From an uncultured Desulfurococcaceae archaeon (GTDB lineage: Archaea > Thermoproteota > Thermoprotei_A > Sulfolobales > NBVN01), in contig CAYZXH010000003.1 in assembly GCA_964482405.1 (NCBI GenBank), forward strand, positions 1-59,799: a DNA stretch of 59,799 bases. Reading direction: 5' to 3'. The translations under genes were made by a program, and so were the position numbers. Of the stretch, positions 51,731 through 59,772 are shown one piece after another (within the stretch, counting starts at the first letter, position 1; each line of letters starts with the position of its first letter). The notes under the pieces were generated by a model. It was not told the origin of the DNA and did no database searches. It was given only the letters and a program-made list of their open reading frames with translations.

Positions 51731-52960
51731 GTGGACGTACAGGACTTACTGAGAGCTCACGGAGTACCCCCTAAAGAAGTTTATTTCGACTTGGAAAATT
51801 CCGGCTACGTACCGGACGAAGTAGTTAACGCCATGCTACCATATTTTAATAAACGTGGTTACGGGCATCCAGCCATAACACACAGGCTGGGGTGGGAAGC
51901 CTTAGACTTAATCATCAGCACTAAGGAGCTAGTAGCTAAGACTCTCAATCTTGCAAACCCCGAGAACTTGGTGTTCACTCACAGCGGGACCGAAGCAAAC
52001 AACCTAGCCATCCAAGGTTACCTAATAGCTAACAGGAATAAATTGAGAGGTAGGAAGGTGCTTGTGTCCTCTATAGAACACTTGAGTGTGATATTCCCTG
52101 CTCAATTCGTCAGTGAGTTGCTGGGTTTAGAAGTTATTAAGGTGCCTGTAGACGAGGAAGGTTTCGTAGATCCTGAAGTGCTCAAGTACTACGTGGATAA
52201 AGATGTGGGCTTAGTAAGCATACAGCTAGTGAATCATGAGATAGGCACGATACAAAAGTTAAGAGAATTAATTGAGGTGGTTAGGGATAAGAACCCTGAC
52301 GTAGTTTTCCACACAGACGCTAGTGACGCCTACGGGAAAGTCAGGATAGATTTAAGAGATCTTGACGTAGATATGATGACTTTAAGTAGTCACAAGATTC
52401 ACGGTCCTAGGGGTGTTGGGGTTCTTTACGTGAGGGATGGCGTGAAGATAGAGCCTATTCTTAGGGGACAATTAAGTGTTGAGAAGCTGTGGCCTGGGGT
52501 GGAGTTGACGCCCTTAATAGCTGGGTTCAAAAAAGCTGTAGAGTTAGCTTTCAATAACTTCGAAAGGAACGTTAAGTACCTTACCTCATTAAGAGATAAA
52601 CTACTCAACGGTATCTTAAATTCCGTTAGTGACGTCGTGCTCAACGGCCCCTCAGACGGCAAGAGAGCTCCCGATAATGTTAACATAGCCTTTAAGTATG
52701 TGGAGGGTGAGGCTCTGACAATAGAGTTAAGCAGTTACGGGGTTTACGTATCGAGCGGTAGTGCCTGCAGTTCAAGATTCTTAGAACCTAGTCACGTACT
52801 CCTAGCTATAGGTAGGGAGTATGAGTTAGCTCACGGGAGCATATTATTTAAGGTGTCAAGATATCATAAAGAAGAAGACATCGACTACGCTCTCGAAGTC
52901 TTGCCTAAAGCTGTTGATAGGTTGAGAACGCTCAGCCCGTTAACTCCTAGAAGAGCTTAA
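51731..52960 (+). CDS. iscS: Group I cysteine desulfurase (IscS/NifS)
   Basis: SGTEANN, IEH, SSHKIHGPRGVG, SSGSACSS. Confidence 0.93.
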   Translation: MDVQDLLRAHGVPPKEVYFDLENSGYVPDEVVNAMLPYFNKRGYGHPAITHRLGWEALDLIISTKELVAKTLNLANPENLVFTHSGTEANNLAIQGYLIANRNKLRGRKVLVSSIEHLSVIFPAQFVSELLGLEVIKVPVDEEGFVDPEVLKYYVDKDVGLVSIQLVNHEIGTIQKLRELIEVVRDKNPDVVFHTDASDAYGKVRIDLRDLDVDMMTLSSHKIHGPRGVGVLYVRDGVKIEPILRGQLSVEKLWPGVELTPLIAGFKKAVELAFNNFERNVKYLTSLRDKLLNGILNSVSDVVLNGPSDGKRAPDNVNIAFKYVEGEALTIELSSYGVYVSSGSACSSRFLEPSHVLLAIGREYELAHGSILFKVSRYHKEEDIDYALEVLPKAVDRLRTLSPLTPRRA

Positions 52961-52966
52961 AAGCTA

Positions 52967-52981
52967 TAATAACAAAGTTAT
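52967..52981. promoter_or_regulatory. Palindromic operator copy 3 (TAATAAC-AAA-GTTAT)
   Basis: 14 nt upstream of iscU start, downstream of CTTAAAAG. Confidence 0.7.
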
Positions 52982-52995
52982 ATAGGGTAAGGGAA

Positions 52996-53511
52996 ATGAG
53001 TTCGAGAATACCTCTCCCATACTCTCCCGTAGTACTTGAGTACTTCAGAAATCCTAAGAACGTAGGACGCATGGAGAACGCCACCGTTCAATCCACTGCC
53101 GGAAGCCCAGCATGCGGCGACATGATTAGACTGTACCTTAGGATCGAAGATGATCTAATAGTGGAGGCTACCTTCGAGAGTTATGGTTGCGCAGCTAACA
53201 TAGCTGCTGCCAGCATACTCACGGAGATGATTAAGGGTAAGACCTTGAAAGAAGCTTGGGAGATTAAGTGGAACGATATTTCAGATAAGTTAGGAGGTTT
53301 ACCTCCTATAAAGTATCATTGTAGTATACTTGCGGTTGGAGCTCTAAAGAGAGCTATAAGAGCATACTATGACGAGGTAAGGAAAGCAGTGCCGAACTGG
53401 CTACCTAAGAATTTAAGCACCGAGGAAAAACAAACTATGGAAGAGGAGGAACTGATAGAGAGGATGTATAACAGAATTCCAAAATCGTCAGGTGCTGAGA
53501 GTGGTAAGTGA
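52996..53511 (+). CDS. iscU: IscU/NifU Fe-S scaffold
   Basis: YS....YFRNPKN, ACGD, YGCA, PPIKYHC. Confidence 0.94.
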   Translation: MSSRIPLPYSPVVLEYFRNPKNVGRMENATVQSTAGSPACGDMIRLYLRIEDDLIVEATFESYGCAANIAAASILTEMIKGKTLKEAWEIKWNDISDKLGGLPPIKYHCSILAVGALKRAIRAYYDEVRKAVPNWLPKNLSTEEKQTMEEEELIERMYNRIPKSSGAESGK

Positions 53512-53737
53512 GCAAGTTTTCGACCTCAGATTAAACAGGATTGGTGGGTGTACGGGGGACCCCGTGTTAAGATTACTTACTTTAATAAATGAAGGTCTCG
53601 GCGACTTCAAGATAATAGCTCAGAAGAAAGTCCTACCGCCAGAAGTTCTTCAGGCAATACTTAAGAAAAAAGGTTATAGGATGGAAATCTTAGGTGAGGA
53701 GGAAGGAGACGCTTTCTTGATAAGAATCCACAAATAA
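53492..53737 (+). CDS. Divergent TusA-like protein
   Basis: FDLR...GCTGDP; C-terminal GY..E....FLIRI pattern typical of the TusA fold; start may be GTG 53501. Confidence 0.6.
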   Translation: MLRVVSEQVFDLRLNRIGGCTGDPVLRLLTLINEGLGDFKIIAQKKVLPPEVLQAILKKKGYRMEILGEEEGDAFLIRIHK

Positions 53738-53839
53738 CAACACACTGTCCTTACATCTGAGAGTTTTGAGAAAAGGTCCTAAGTGACTGGGAGGTGGATG
53801 AGCTTCCGTAGCCAAGGGGCTGTGGATTGGATAGCGTTT

Positions 53840-53892
53840 GCTACCCGCCATGCAAGCACACAAGCAATCACAAAGCATGGCGGGTGGTTCAT
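53840..53892 (+). mobile_element. 14-bp hairpin ending GGCGGGTGGTTCAT; possible IS200/IS605 right-end remnant
   Basis: GCTACCCGCCATGC / GCATGGCGGGTGGT with two G-U pairs on the + strand. Confidence 0.35.
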
Positions 53893-54149
53893 TACGCTTC
53901 CTCCGTGCCTCCTCACCTACTGAGAAGCGGTTAGGTTTTAAGTTCTGATTTTGTTTGCTGTCATGAAATAGCTCGCCTAGGCGATGAGGGCAGTGTTCCA
54001 GGCCCGGGCTAGTCTAGCAGGCAATAAGCTTCACTCAACACGGGAGATTGGAGGTCTGCAAGCTTTAAACATTTTCTGAAGCACAAGCTGGTTAGGTTAG
54101 AATTCGCTTCTGGTCTAAACTTTATTACCTAGTATTAATTGAGATTTCG

Positions 54150-54674
54150 GTGATTGAGTTGGATGATGTAAGCGTCCTGGGGGAGGTCTTAGTATGTTCG
54201 GAGAGATTTGAGAGGTTGGTAAGTGGCTTCTATAATGCGTTGAGCAAGATGGTCGGGGATCAACTCTTAAGAGTTATTTTTAAGTGGATTTCAGCGGAGA
54301 GTCTTAATCACGCGGAATTAATGAAGAACTTACTTAGTTTCTTGAAGTTGCCGTACGCAGAAGTTGACTGTTCTTTCGTGATAGGTGAGCCGTGGGTGGC
54401 TATTAACTCACTCATGAAAACTCTTGAGGCGGGTTCAATCAACACCGAGACCCTCAAGAAAATTCTTTCTGATTTGCGAAGACTGGAGAGCTTAGCTAGT
54501 GAGGAGACTTACGGGAAATTACTCTACCCTGCAGTGAGTGGTTTGCTCAGAGAGGTTGGTGGAGAGTTGAGGACTCAGAAGGAGTTGGGAGTTATATCTG
54601 CTGTGTTGAGGGAGGTCTCAGTGGAGGAGGAATATCATGAAAAACTCGTTAACCTGATTAATGAGCTGATTTAA
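54150..54674 (+). CDS. Ferritin-like (rubrerythrin-related) protein
   Basis: E...FY...AESLNH / EE..Y...EEEYH repeated helix pairs. Confidence 0.7.
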   Translation: MIELDDVSVLGEVLVCSERFERLVSGFYNALSKMVGDQLLRVIFKWISAESLNHAELMKNLLSFLKLPYAEVDCSFVIGEPWVAINSLMKTLEAGSINTETLKKILSDLRRLESLASEETYGKLLYPAVSGLLREVGGELRTQKELGVISAVLREVSVEEEYHEKLVNLINELI

Positions 54675-54689
54675 AGGAGTGTGGAGTAC

Positions 54690-55091
54690 TTAACAGAGCT
54701 CCTCCGCGACATCTAACTTCTTACTCGTGATGTTGACGTATTGGTTATCACAGTACTTCGTTATTTTGTTCCTGTATTTATTTAACACAGCCGTCAAGTC
54801 CGCATTACCTCGTAAAGCGTTGAGGAATTCGTAAACCCAGCTTTCCTTAGGGAAGGAAACGACGAGAATTAATGTTAGGTCGCTCAGCTGATCTAGTAAC
54901 TCCATGTAGAATAGAGGGTTTTCGGCGGCGACGTTTTTAGAGTCCTCTCCAGTTAGTCGTGCAGCGACCCTGACTATTTGAGCAGTGCCTGGAAACTTAT
55001 CTACGAGAACGTAAGAAATTCTTCTCGAGATGCATGAGAGCAACTCGCTCACGTTAATACCCTTAATATTTCTATACTCTAGCGCATTCAC
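54690..55091 (-). CDS. Hypothetical protein
   Basis: 133-aa ORF filling the gap; no recognised motif. Confidence 0.45.
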   Translation of the reverse strand: MNALEYRNIKGINVSELLSCISRRISYVLVDKFPGTAQIVRVAARLTGEDSKNVAAENPLFYMELLDQLSDLTLILVVSFPKESWVYEFLNALRGNADLTAVLNKYRNKITKYCDNQYVNITSKKLDVAEELC

Positions 55092-55177
55092 TTAAAAGAC
55101 TTACCCCCATGCAACCTCCTCGCAGTGTCGTCGAGCCCTTTATTTAAACTATGCCTTAAAAGAATTTTAGGTGTGGT

Positions 55178-56380
55178 TTGTTGTTAAGTGGTGTTAGGGA
55201 CTACTTCCCGTCAATTAAGAGATTTCGCGCGTACTTAAACACCGCGTCCACGGGCCTCACCCCGATTAACGTCTACGAAACCCTACGCGGAGTCTTAAAC
55301 ATGATTTACGAGGGTTCCGTTACCGAGGACTTGCTGGAGGACTATGTTGCGAGGGGAAGGAAGGAGGTAGCTAGGTTGGTAGGTGCGGAGACTTCGGAAA
55401 TCGCGTTCACTGTGCAAACTACTGAGGGATTGAAGAACGTCTTAAGATCACTTAATTTAAGAACCGGTGACGTGGTTCTCGGGCTAGACCTAGACTTCCC
55501 CACAATCACATCACTTATTAAGTCCTTGTGCGTGGTTAGGGGGTGTGATATTAGGGTAGCTGAGGGTAAGGGAATTTACGAAGTAGAGGATCTGGAAAAA
55601 ATAGTTGATGATTCCGTCAAGGTTGCTGTGGTATCTTCCGTTCAGTGGATTAGTGGGTGGAGGATTAACTTGAGAGAGTTTTCCAACATACTCCATGAAC
55701 ACGGCGCTCTCCTAATAGTTGACGGGGTTCAACACGTGGGTGCCCTAAAGCTTGACGTGGCTACCGAAGACGTCGATGTTCTGTGTGTTGGTGGTGAGAA
55801 GTGGATGCTAAGCCCGTACGTCGGCTCCGGCTTCATGTACGTGAGGAGGGAGTTGCTTGAGGAATTGGATCCTTTTCCGTACGGTATATTGAATAGGGAA
55901 GAGCCAAGAGGTGGTTGGGGCAATTATTGGCCAGACCCGGACAAAGACGTGTGGTCACTCCCTCAAGTCTCGAGAACTGCTCTAAAGTTTGAATGGGGTG
56001 GCGGGAGGCCGTATATATCGATAATTGCTTTGTATGAAGCGGCTCGTCTCATAAATAACGTGGGTATAGAGAATATCGAGAGCCATGTCTTAAGTATTAA
56101 GAGGTATCTGTACGAAAGACTGTTTAGCGAGGGTTACGCTGTTTACGGCTATAGTGATGAGGTGATGCATTGGTCCGGCATAACCTTAGTTAAGACTAGG
56201 CTGAACAGGATGAGGGAACTCAATATAGTTGAGGGGCTACGTAAGAGAGGCGTGATGGTTTCCTACAGGGGTGCCTCAGGAGTGTCTGGAATCAGGGTAT
56301 CCACGCACCTCTACAACACGAGGGATGACGTAGATGTGTTAATAGACGAATTAAATAAGCTTAGGGCTTTGAACGCATGA
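55178..56380 (+). CDS. Class V PLP enzyme (desulfurase/lyase-like, lacking the catalytic Cys loop)
   Basis: YLNTASTG, DGVQ, GEKWM, IRVSTHLYN; no RxGxHC or SGSAC motif. Confidence 0.85.
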   Translation: MLLSGVRDYFPSIKRFRAYLNTASTGLTPINVYETLRGVLNMIYEGSVTEDLLEDYVARGRKEVARLVGAETSEIAFTVQTTEGLKNVLRSLNLRTGDVVLGLDLDFPTITSLIKSLCVVRGCDIRVAEGKGIYEVEDLEKIVDDSVKVAVVSSVQWISGWRINLREFSNILHEHGALLIVDGVQHVGALKLDVATEDVDVLCVGGEKWMLSPYVGSGFMYVRRELLEELDPFPYGILNREEPRGGWGNYWPDPDKDVWSLPQVSRTALKFEWGGGRPYISIIALYEAARLINNVGIENIESHVLSIKRYLYERLFSEGYAVYGYSDEVMHWSGITLVKTRLNRMRELNIVEGLRKRGVMVSYRGASGVSGIRVSTHLYNTRDDVDVLIDELNKLRALNA

Positions 56381-56432
56381 GTATTAACTCCTGGTTCGGC
56401 GTGGCAAAGTTTCTTTTATGGATGTCGCTTAA

Positions 56433-56756
56433 TCAAGCTCGGCCAGAACTCTCTATCTTGAATGCTGGAGGGCTTATTCTCTCAGACTTACACCTAGGAC
56501 ATTTACTCGGTTTCCTAGGTTTTTCGAGGTCTTTGAACACGTAGCCGCAGGACCTGCAAATAGGTGGTATCATGATTAGTACGCGCTCGTTTTTGTAGGT
56601 TCTCCTAACGCTCTTCGCTATGTGTTCTAGGTGTTCGTATACTTCCTTAGGAGTTGCTTTAAGGTTTAGTAAGGTGATTATTTCCTCGACGGTTAGCGGG
56701 TTTTCGGTCTTGGTTAAGAGCTCCATTATTTTCTCTCTGGTTGTTTGTTGAGACAA
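56433..56756 (-). CDS. wHTH + Zn-ribbon transcriptional regulator (COG3357-like)
   Basis: TREKI, VYEHLEHIAKS, PPICRSCG...PSKCPRCKSERI. Confidence 0.88.
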   Translation of the reverse strand: MSQQTTREKIMELLTKTENPLTVEEIITLLNLKATPKEVYEHLEHIAKSVRRTYKNERVLIMIPPICRSCGYVFKDLEKPRKPSKCPRCKSERISPPAFKIESSGRA

Positions 56757-56771
56757 GAGCCGACCCCCACC

Positions 56772-56828
56772 GCCTTCCCTTACCCCTAAGGAGCGAGGGT
56801 CCCTCGCCCTTCAGGACGGGGAGGAGGC
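56772..56828. mobile_element. Collapsed IS200/IS605-type palindromic remnant (MITE-like)
   Basis: CCTTACCCCTAAGGAGCGAGGG-T-CCCTCGCCCTTCAGGACGGGGAGGAGG; forms an extended hairpin. Confidence 0.55.
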
Positions 56829-56838
56829 TAATATAGTC

Positions 56839-57690
56839 TTAATTCTTTGATTCCGGCCCCTCTCCCGGTCTCGGCTGAGGTGTTCTCAACTGCAGGTCAT
56901 TAGCGAACCACACTACTCTCTGCGGGAACGGTATCTGTATCCCGTTCTCCTCAAGCCTTGTCTTTATCTTCCATAATAGATCCATCTTCACGGAGTACCA
57001 CTCTTGAGATGGTGCCCACACTCGAACCACTATGTTGACTGAGTTGTCGCCTAGGCTATCAACGAAGACTTGTGGTTCAGGCTTCTTGAGCGCGAAGGGG
57101 TGTTCCTCAATCACCTTCTTGATTATCTCTATGGCTTTCTGAGCGTCGTCACTATACCTTATCCCGACAACGTACTCAAACCTTCTAGCGACATGCGCTG
57201 TGTAGTTAGTGATGTTTGATGTGAAGACCGTGGAGTTAGGCACCCTGACGAAGAGCCCGTCGTAAGTCCTTATTATCGTGGAGAATATGTTCACGTCCTC
57301 AACGATTCCCGTCACGGAACCTAACGAGATGCCGTCACCTATCTTCACAGGCCTCTCTATAGCTAGGAATATCCCAGAGACTAGGTTAGCTACTATGTTT
57401 TGGAGAGCAAACCCTATTATTATCCCGGTGATGCCTCCCGCTAAGAGAAGTCCTGACAGGTTGATGCCTAGCAGAGGGGTTAAGCCTACGAAGACAGCGA
57501 TTATTATCGTGTAATAAACCACCTTCAATATGACGTCGAGCACGTTTTTCTTCAACTTATCTATGAGTGCTCTCTTGAGAACCAAAGTAATTAATTTAGC
57601 GAAGATAACCGTTGCAGTCATTAAAGCAAGGAATACCAGGATGCTACGTATGGTCACGTCCCCGTAAATCACCGTGTCTAAGAAACTCAT
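56839..57690 (-). CDS. mscS: Small-conductance mechanosensitive channel
   Basis: GFALQNIVANLVSG, RPVKIGD, VPNS, IPFPQR; ATGA-coupled start at 57690. Confidence 0.93.
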   Translation of the reverse strand: MSFLDTVIYGDVTIRSILVFLALMTATVIFAKLITLVLKRALIDKLKKNVLDVILKVVYYTIIIAVFVGLTPLLGINLSGLLLAGGITGIIIGFALQNIVANLVSGIFLAIERPVKIGDGISLGSVTGIVEDVNIFSTIIRTYDGLFVRVPNSTVFTSNITNYTAHVARRFEYVVGIRYSDDAQKAIEIIKKVIEEHPFALKKPEPQVFVDSLGDNSVNIVVRVWAPSQEWYSVKMDLLWKIKTRLEENGIQIPFPQRVVWFANDLQLRTPQPRPGEGPESKN

Positions 57691-58445
57691 TGAAGACCCC
57701 ACTCCATAACAAACCTCTCTCTAATCACCGGTAAACGCTTCTGAGATCTCACAATTAAGGACTTACTCATTCCTTCTTTTAACGGCTCGTCCGTGAAGGA
57801 AGTCTCAGCGTACGTTTGCGAGAAGATAGTTGCTTGCGCCGAGGACGAGACGTGGTTGTCGTCATAATATATCGTCATCCCGTTCACGCTTAGAACGAGG
57901 TTACTTAAGGTTATCCAGTAATCAGAGACATTAGATATCTTGAGTTTCAAAACTCCTTCCCTTAATAAATCAACTTTAGGTACCTCAGTGAAGATTCCGG
58001 TTCTCCAGTACCTGCATATGATCCCGTTCCTAGGGGTCCCGTAGAGCGTGTACTTCTGATTAACTAAGCTGAAAACATCTAATAACTCAGAGTCCTTCGC
58101 GTTAATTACGAAAACCCCCACCTCAATAGGGAAGGTCGCGTACGCTTCTATTGTTGAGGAGGGAGCTATAACGACTGGCTCAGCGAATTCTAGTAAGATG
58201 AAGTTCGTTAAGGGTTTCGGGAGGCTGACTGGCTCGATAGGATTTATCAGGAAGTATGTGTCAGGGGAGTATGTAATTATTTTCTCTACTCGAGTCCCTC
58301 CCTCACGCAGGTACTTAAGCACGTTGCCGAGATTAATGAACGAGATCTTGAAACTCCCGAACTCTAGGTAATTATCTCTTACATCAAGTCTACCATAAGG
58401 AGGTTTTCCGGCAAGACTCGTGCCCTCCCTGAAGGTATTACCCAC
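57687..58445 (-). CDS. DUF432 protein
   Basis: NPIEPV..P, FPIEVGV, KYTLYG..NG.ICRY. Confidence 0.8.
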   Translation of the reverse strand: MGNTFREGTSLAGKPPYGRLDVRDNYLEFGSFKISFINLGNVLKYLREGGTRVEKIITYSPDTYFLINPIEPVSLPKPLTNFILLEFAEPVVIAPSSTIEAYATFPIEVGVFVINAKDSELLDVFSLVNQKYTLYGTPRNGIICRYWRTGIFTEVPKVDLLREGVLKLKISNVSDYWITLSNLVLSVNGMTIYYDDNHVSSSAQATIFSQTYAETSFTDEPLKEGMSKSLIVRSQKRLPVIRERFVMEWGLQ

Positions 58446-58587
58446 TTAACATCACTCACCCCATGCTGATATTGGTGAGAGGTTTTATATGATTCATGCG
58501 AGAGAGTGTTTCCCGTAACCCCATCACTTCCTCTCCATCCCACTTTTTCCCACTCAAAGCATCCTCAGACCCGGGGCTTTCCGAAGC

Positions 58588-58764
58588 TCAAGGTACTAAA
58601 ACCGGCGCTAAGTAACCGAGCACTAAAATCGCTACAGCAAACATAATAGCGATAAAGACTACCTGGTAAGGGGAAATACTTACTTTAGCCTCAACCTCTT
58701 CAAAAAACCTAACTAAACCAGCACCAGACATCATAGACGTTCTCTTCTTTTTCTTGCTTGACAT
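58588..58764 (-). CDS. secG: Sec translocon subunit Sec61-beta/SecG
   Basis: MSGAGLVRFFEE...ISP plus one TM helix. Confidence 0.9.
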   Translation of the reverse strand: MSSKKKKRTSMMSGAGLVRFFEEVEAKVSISPYQVVFIAIMFAVAILVLGYLAPVLVP

Positions 58765-58836
58765 CCCACACACCAACACAAATAACGCTAAACTAAATAT
58801 AAACCTTAATCAAACCAAACATGAAAGTGAGAGAAA

Positions 58837-59106
58837 ATGCAACAGAAAATTACTTTAAAAGACGTGCAAGAATTAATGAATAAGTACTACTTACAGAGGG
58901 ATCGTGAAAGAGGGTTATACGCAACGTTCACATGGCTCATAGAAGAAATAGGAGAACTAGCCGAATCAATACTAACCCAAGACAAGAAAGCACAAGAAGA
59001 AGAGATAGCAGACGTCCTAGCATGGCTAGCATCACTAGCCAACCTACTCTCAATAGACCTAGAAAAAGCATTCAAACAAAAATACATGAACCCGCAACCA
59101 CCATAA
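58837..59106 (+). CDS. MazG-like nucleotide pyrophosphohydrolase
   Basis: WLIEEIGELAE...EEIADVLAWL.SLAN. Confidence 0.88.
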   Translation: MQQKITLKDVQELMNKYYLQRDRERGLYATFTWLIEEIGELAESILTQDKKAQEEEIADVLAWLASLANLLSIDLEKAFKQKYMNPQPP

Positions 59107-59111
59107 CACAT

Positions 59112-59384
59112 CAAATCAGACACCCCCACCCCTCTGTTTCCACTGGAGAAAAACTAATATTTATTAAAGAATCAATTTCTAATTAAATTCTATATAAAAA
59201 GATCATTATACAAAATTTACAAAAATAAAGTAATTAAGCCATTTATGATCATGATTAATATTACAAATTTATAGAAAGTTTTGTATAATGATCTATATAA
59301 AGAGATTTAAAATTAAATAAAAGAAGACATTCTAAATTAATTTTTGTTTCCAGTGGAAACAGAGGGGTGGGGGTGTCTGATTTG
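59112..59384. other. Replication origin candidate: two inverted ORB elements flanking a 201-bp AT-rich DUE
   Basis: Perfect 36-bp inverted repeat (59112-59147 / 59349-59384) containing TCCAGTGGAAACAGAGGGGT, matching the archaeal ORB consensus. Confidence 0.85.
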
Positions 59385-59473
59385 TTATTTAGTTTTCTAT
59401 GAGGGACTTTATCTATCGGGAAACCAGTGCTTTTATTAGTTTTTGTTTAGTATATGTGGGTGTGGTCGTTAGC

Positions 59474-59749
59474 ATGGGTTTGTTGGTTCAGATTTTTAGG
59501 GATAGGAGGGAGATAATGATTTCCGGGATTCCTACTCAGTGGGTTGCTGAGAGGATAATTAGAGATATTAACGATATTCTTCAGAAGAGAGGTAGTGATT
59601 TAGTGTATTTCTTTGAGGGTAGTCCTGGAGTTTATGGTGGTGGGTTGGTGATTAGGGTAGTGCTTAACACTTCCTTAGGTGAAAATGAAGTCAATGCTCT
59701 CGTGAAGTATTTTGAATTAAGAAATTCTCATGTGAGTGTTTACTACTGA
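59474..59749 (+). CDS. Hypothetical protein
   Basis: ORF from ATG 59474 with plausible composition; no recognised motif. Confidence 0.6.
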   Translation: MGLLVQIFRDRREIMISGIPTQWVAERIIRDINDILQKRGSDLVYFFEGSPGVYGGGLVIRVVLNTSLGENEVNALVKYFELRNSHVSVYY

Positions 59750-59772
59750 AAGCCTCGTCCTTTAGGGCGGGG
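59749..59772. mobile_element. IS200/IS605-type terminal hairpin (solo end), possibly acting as a terminator
   Basis: AAGCCTCGTCC-TTTA-GGGCGGGG right after a stop codon. Confidence 0.55.

Noticed and set aside
52996-53892. Selenocysteine read-through of the iscU UGA with the downstream hairpin as SECIS
   Set aside because: All IscU cysteines are normal Cys codons, the read-through is not protein-like, the hairpin lacks the GAA/A motif, and Sec is not known in crenarchaea
53997-54025. CCAGGCCCGG resembling the SRP RNA helix 8 motif
   Set aside because: The following GAAGGGAGCA and the rest of the 7S structure are absent
58495-58587. Purine-rich minus-strand segment with CUGA and GUGAUG boxes and a short stem
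   Set aside because: Boxes are in reversed order and spacing does not fit a C/D or H/ACA RNA; cannot be supported
310-59186. Many antisense or overlapping ORFs in the track (e.g. 2439-2990, 13705-14226, 38455-38985, 43049-43564)
   Set aside because: Ser/Leu/Thr-rich shadows of well-identified genes, with no motifs
59112-59384. MITE interpretation of the 36-bp inverted repeat
   Set aside because: No target-site duplication seen; arms match the ORB consensus and enclose a very AT-rich core
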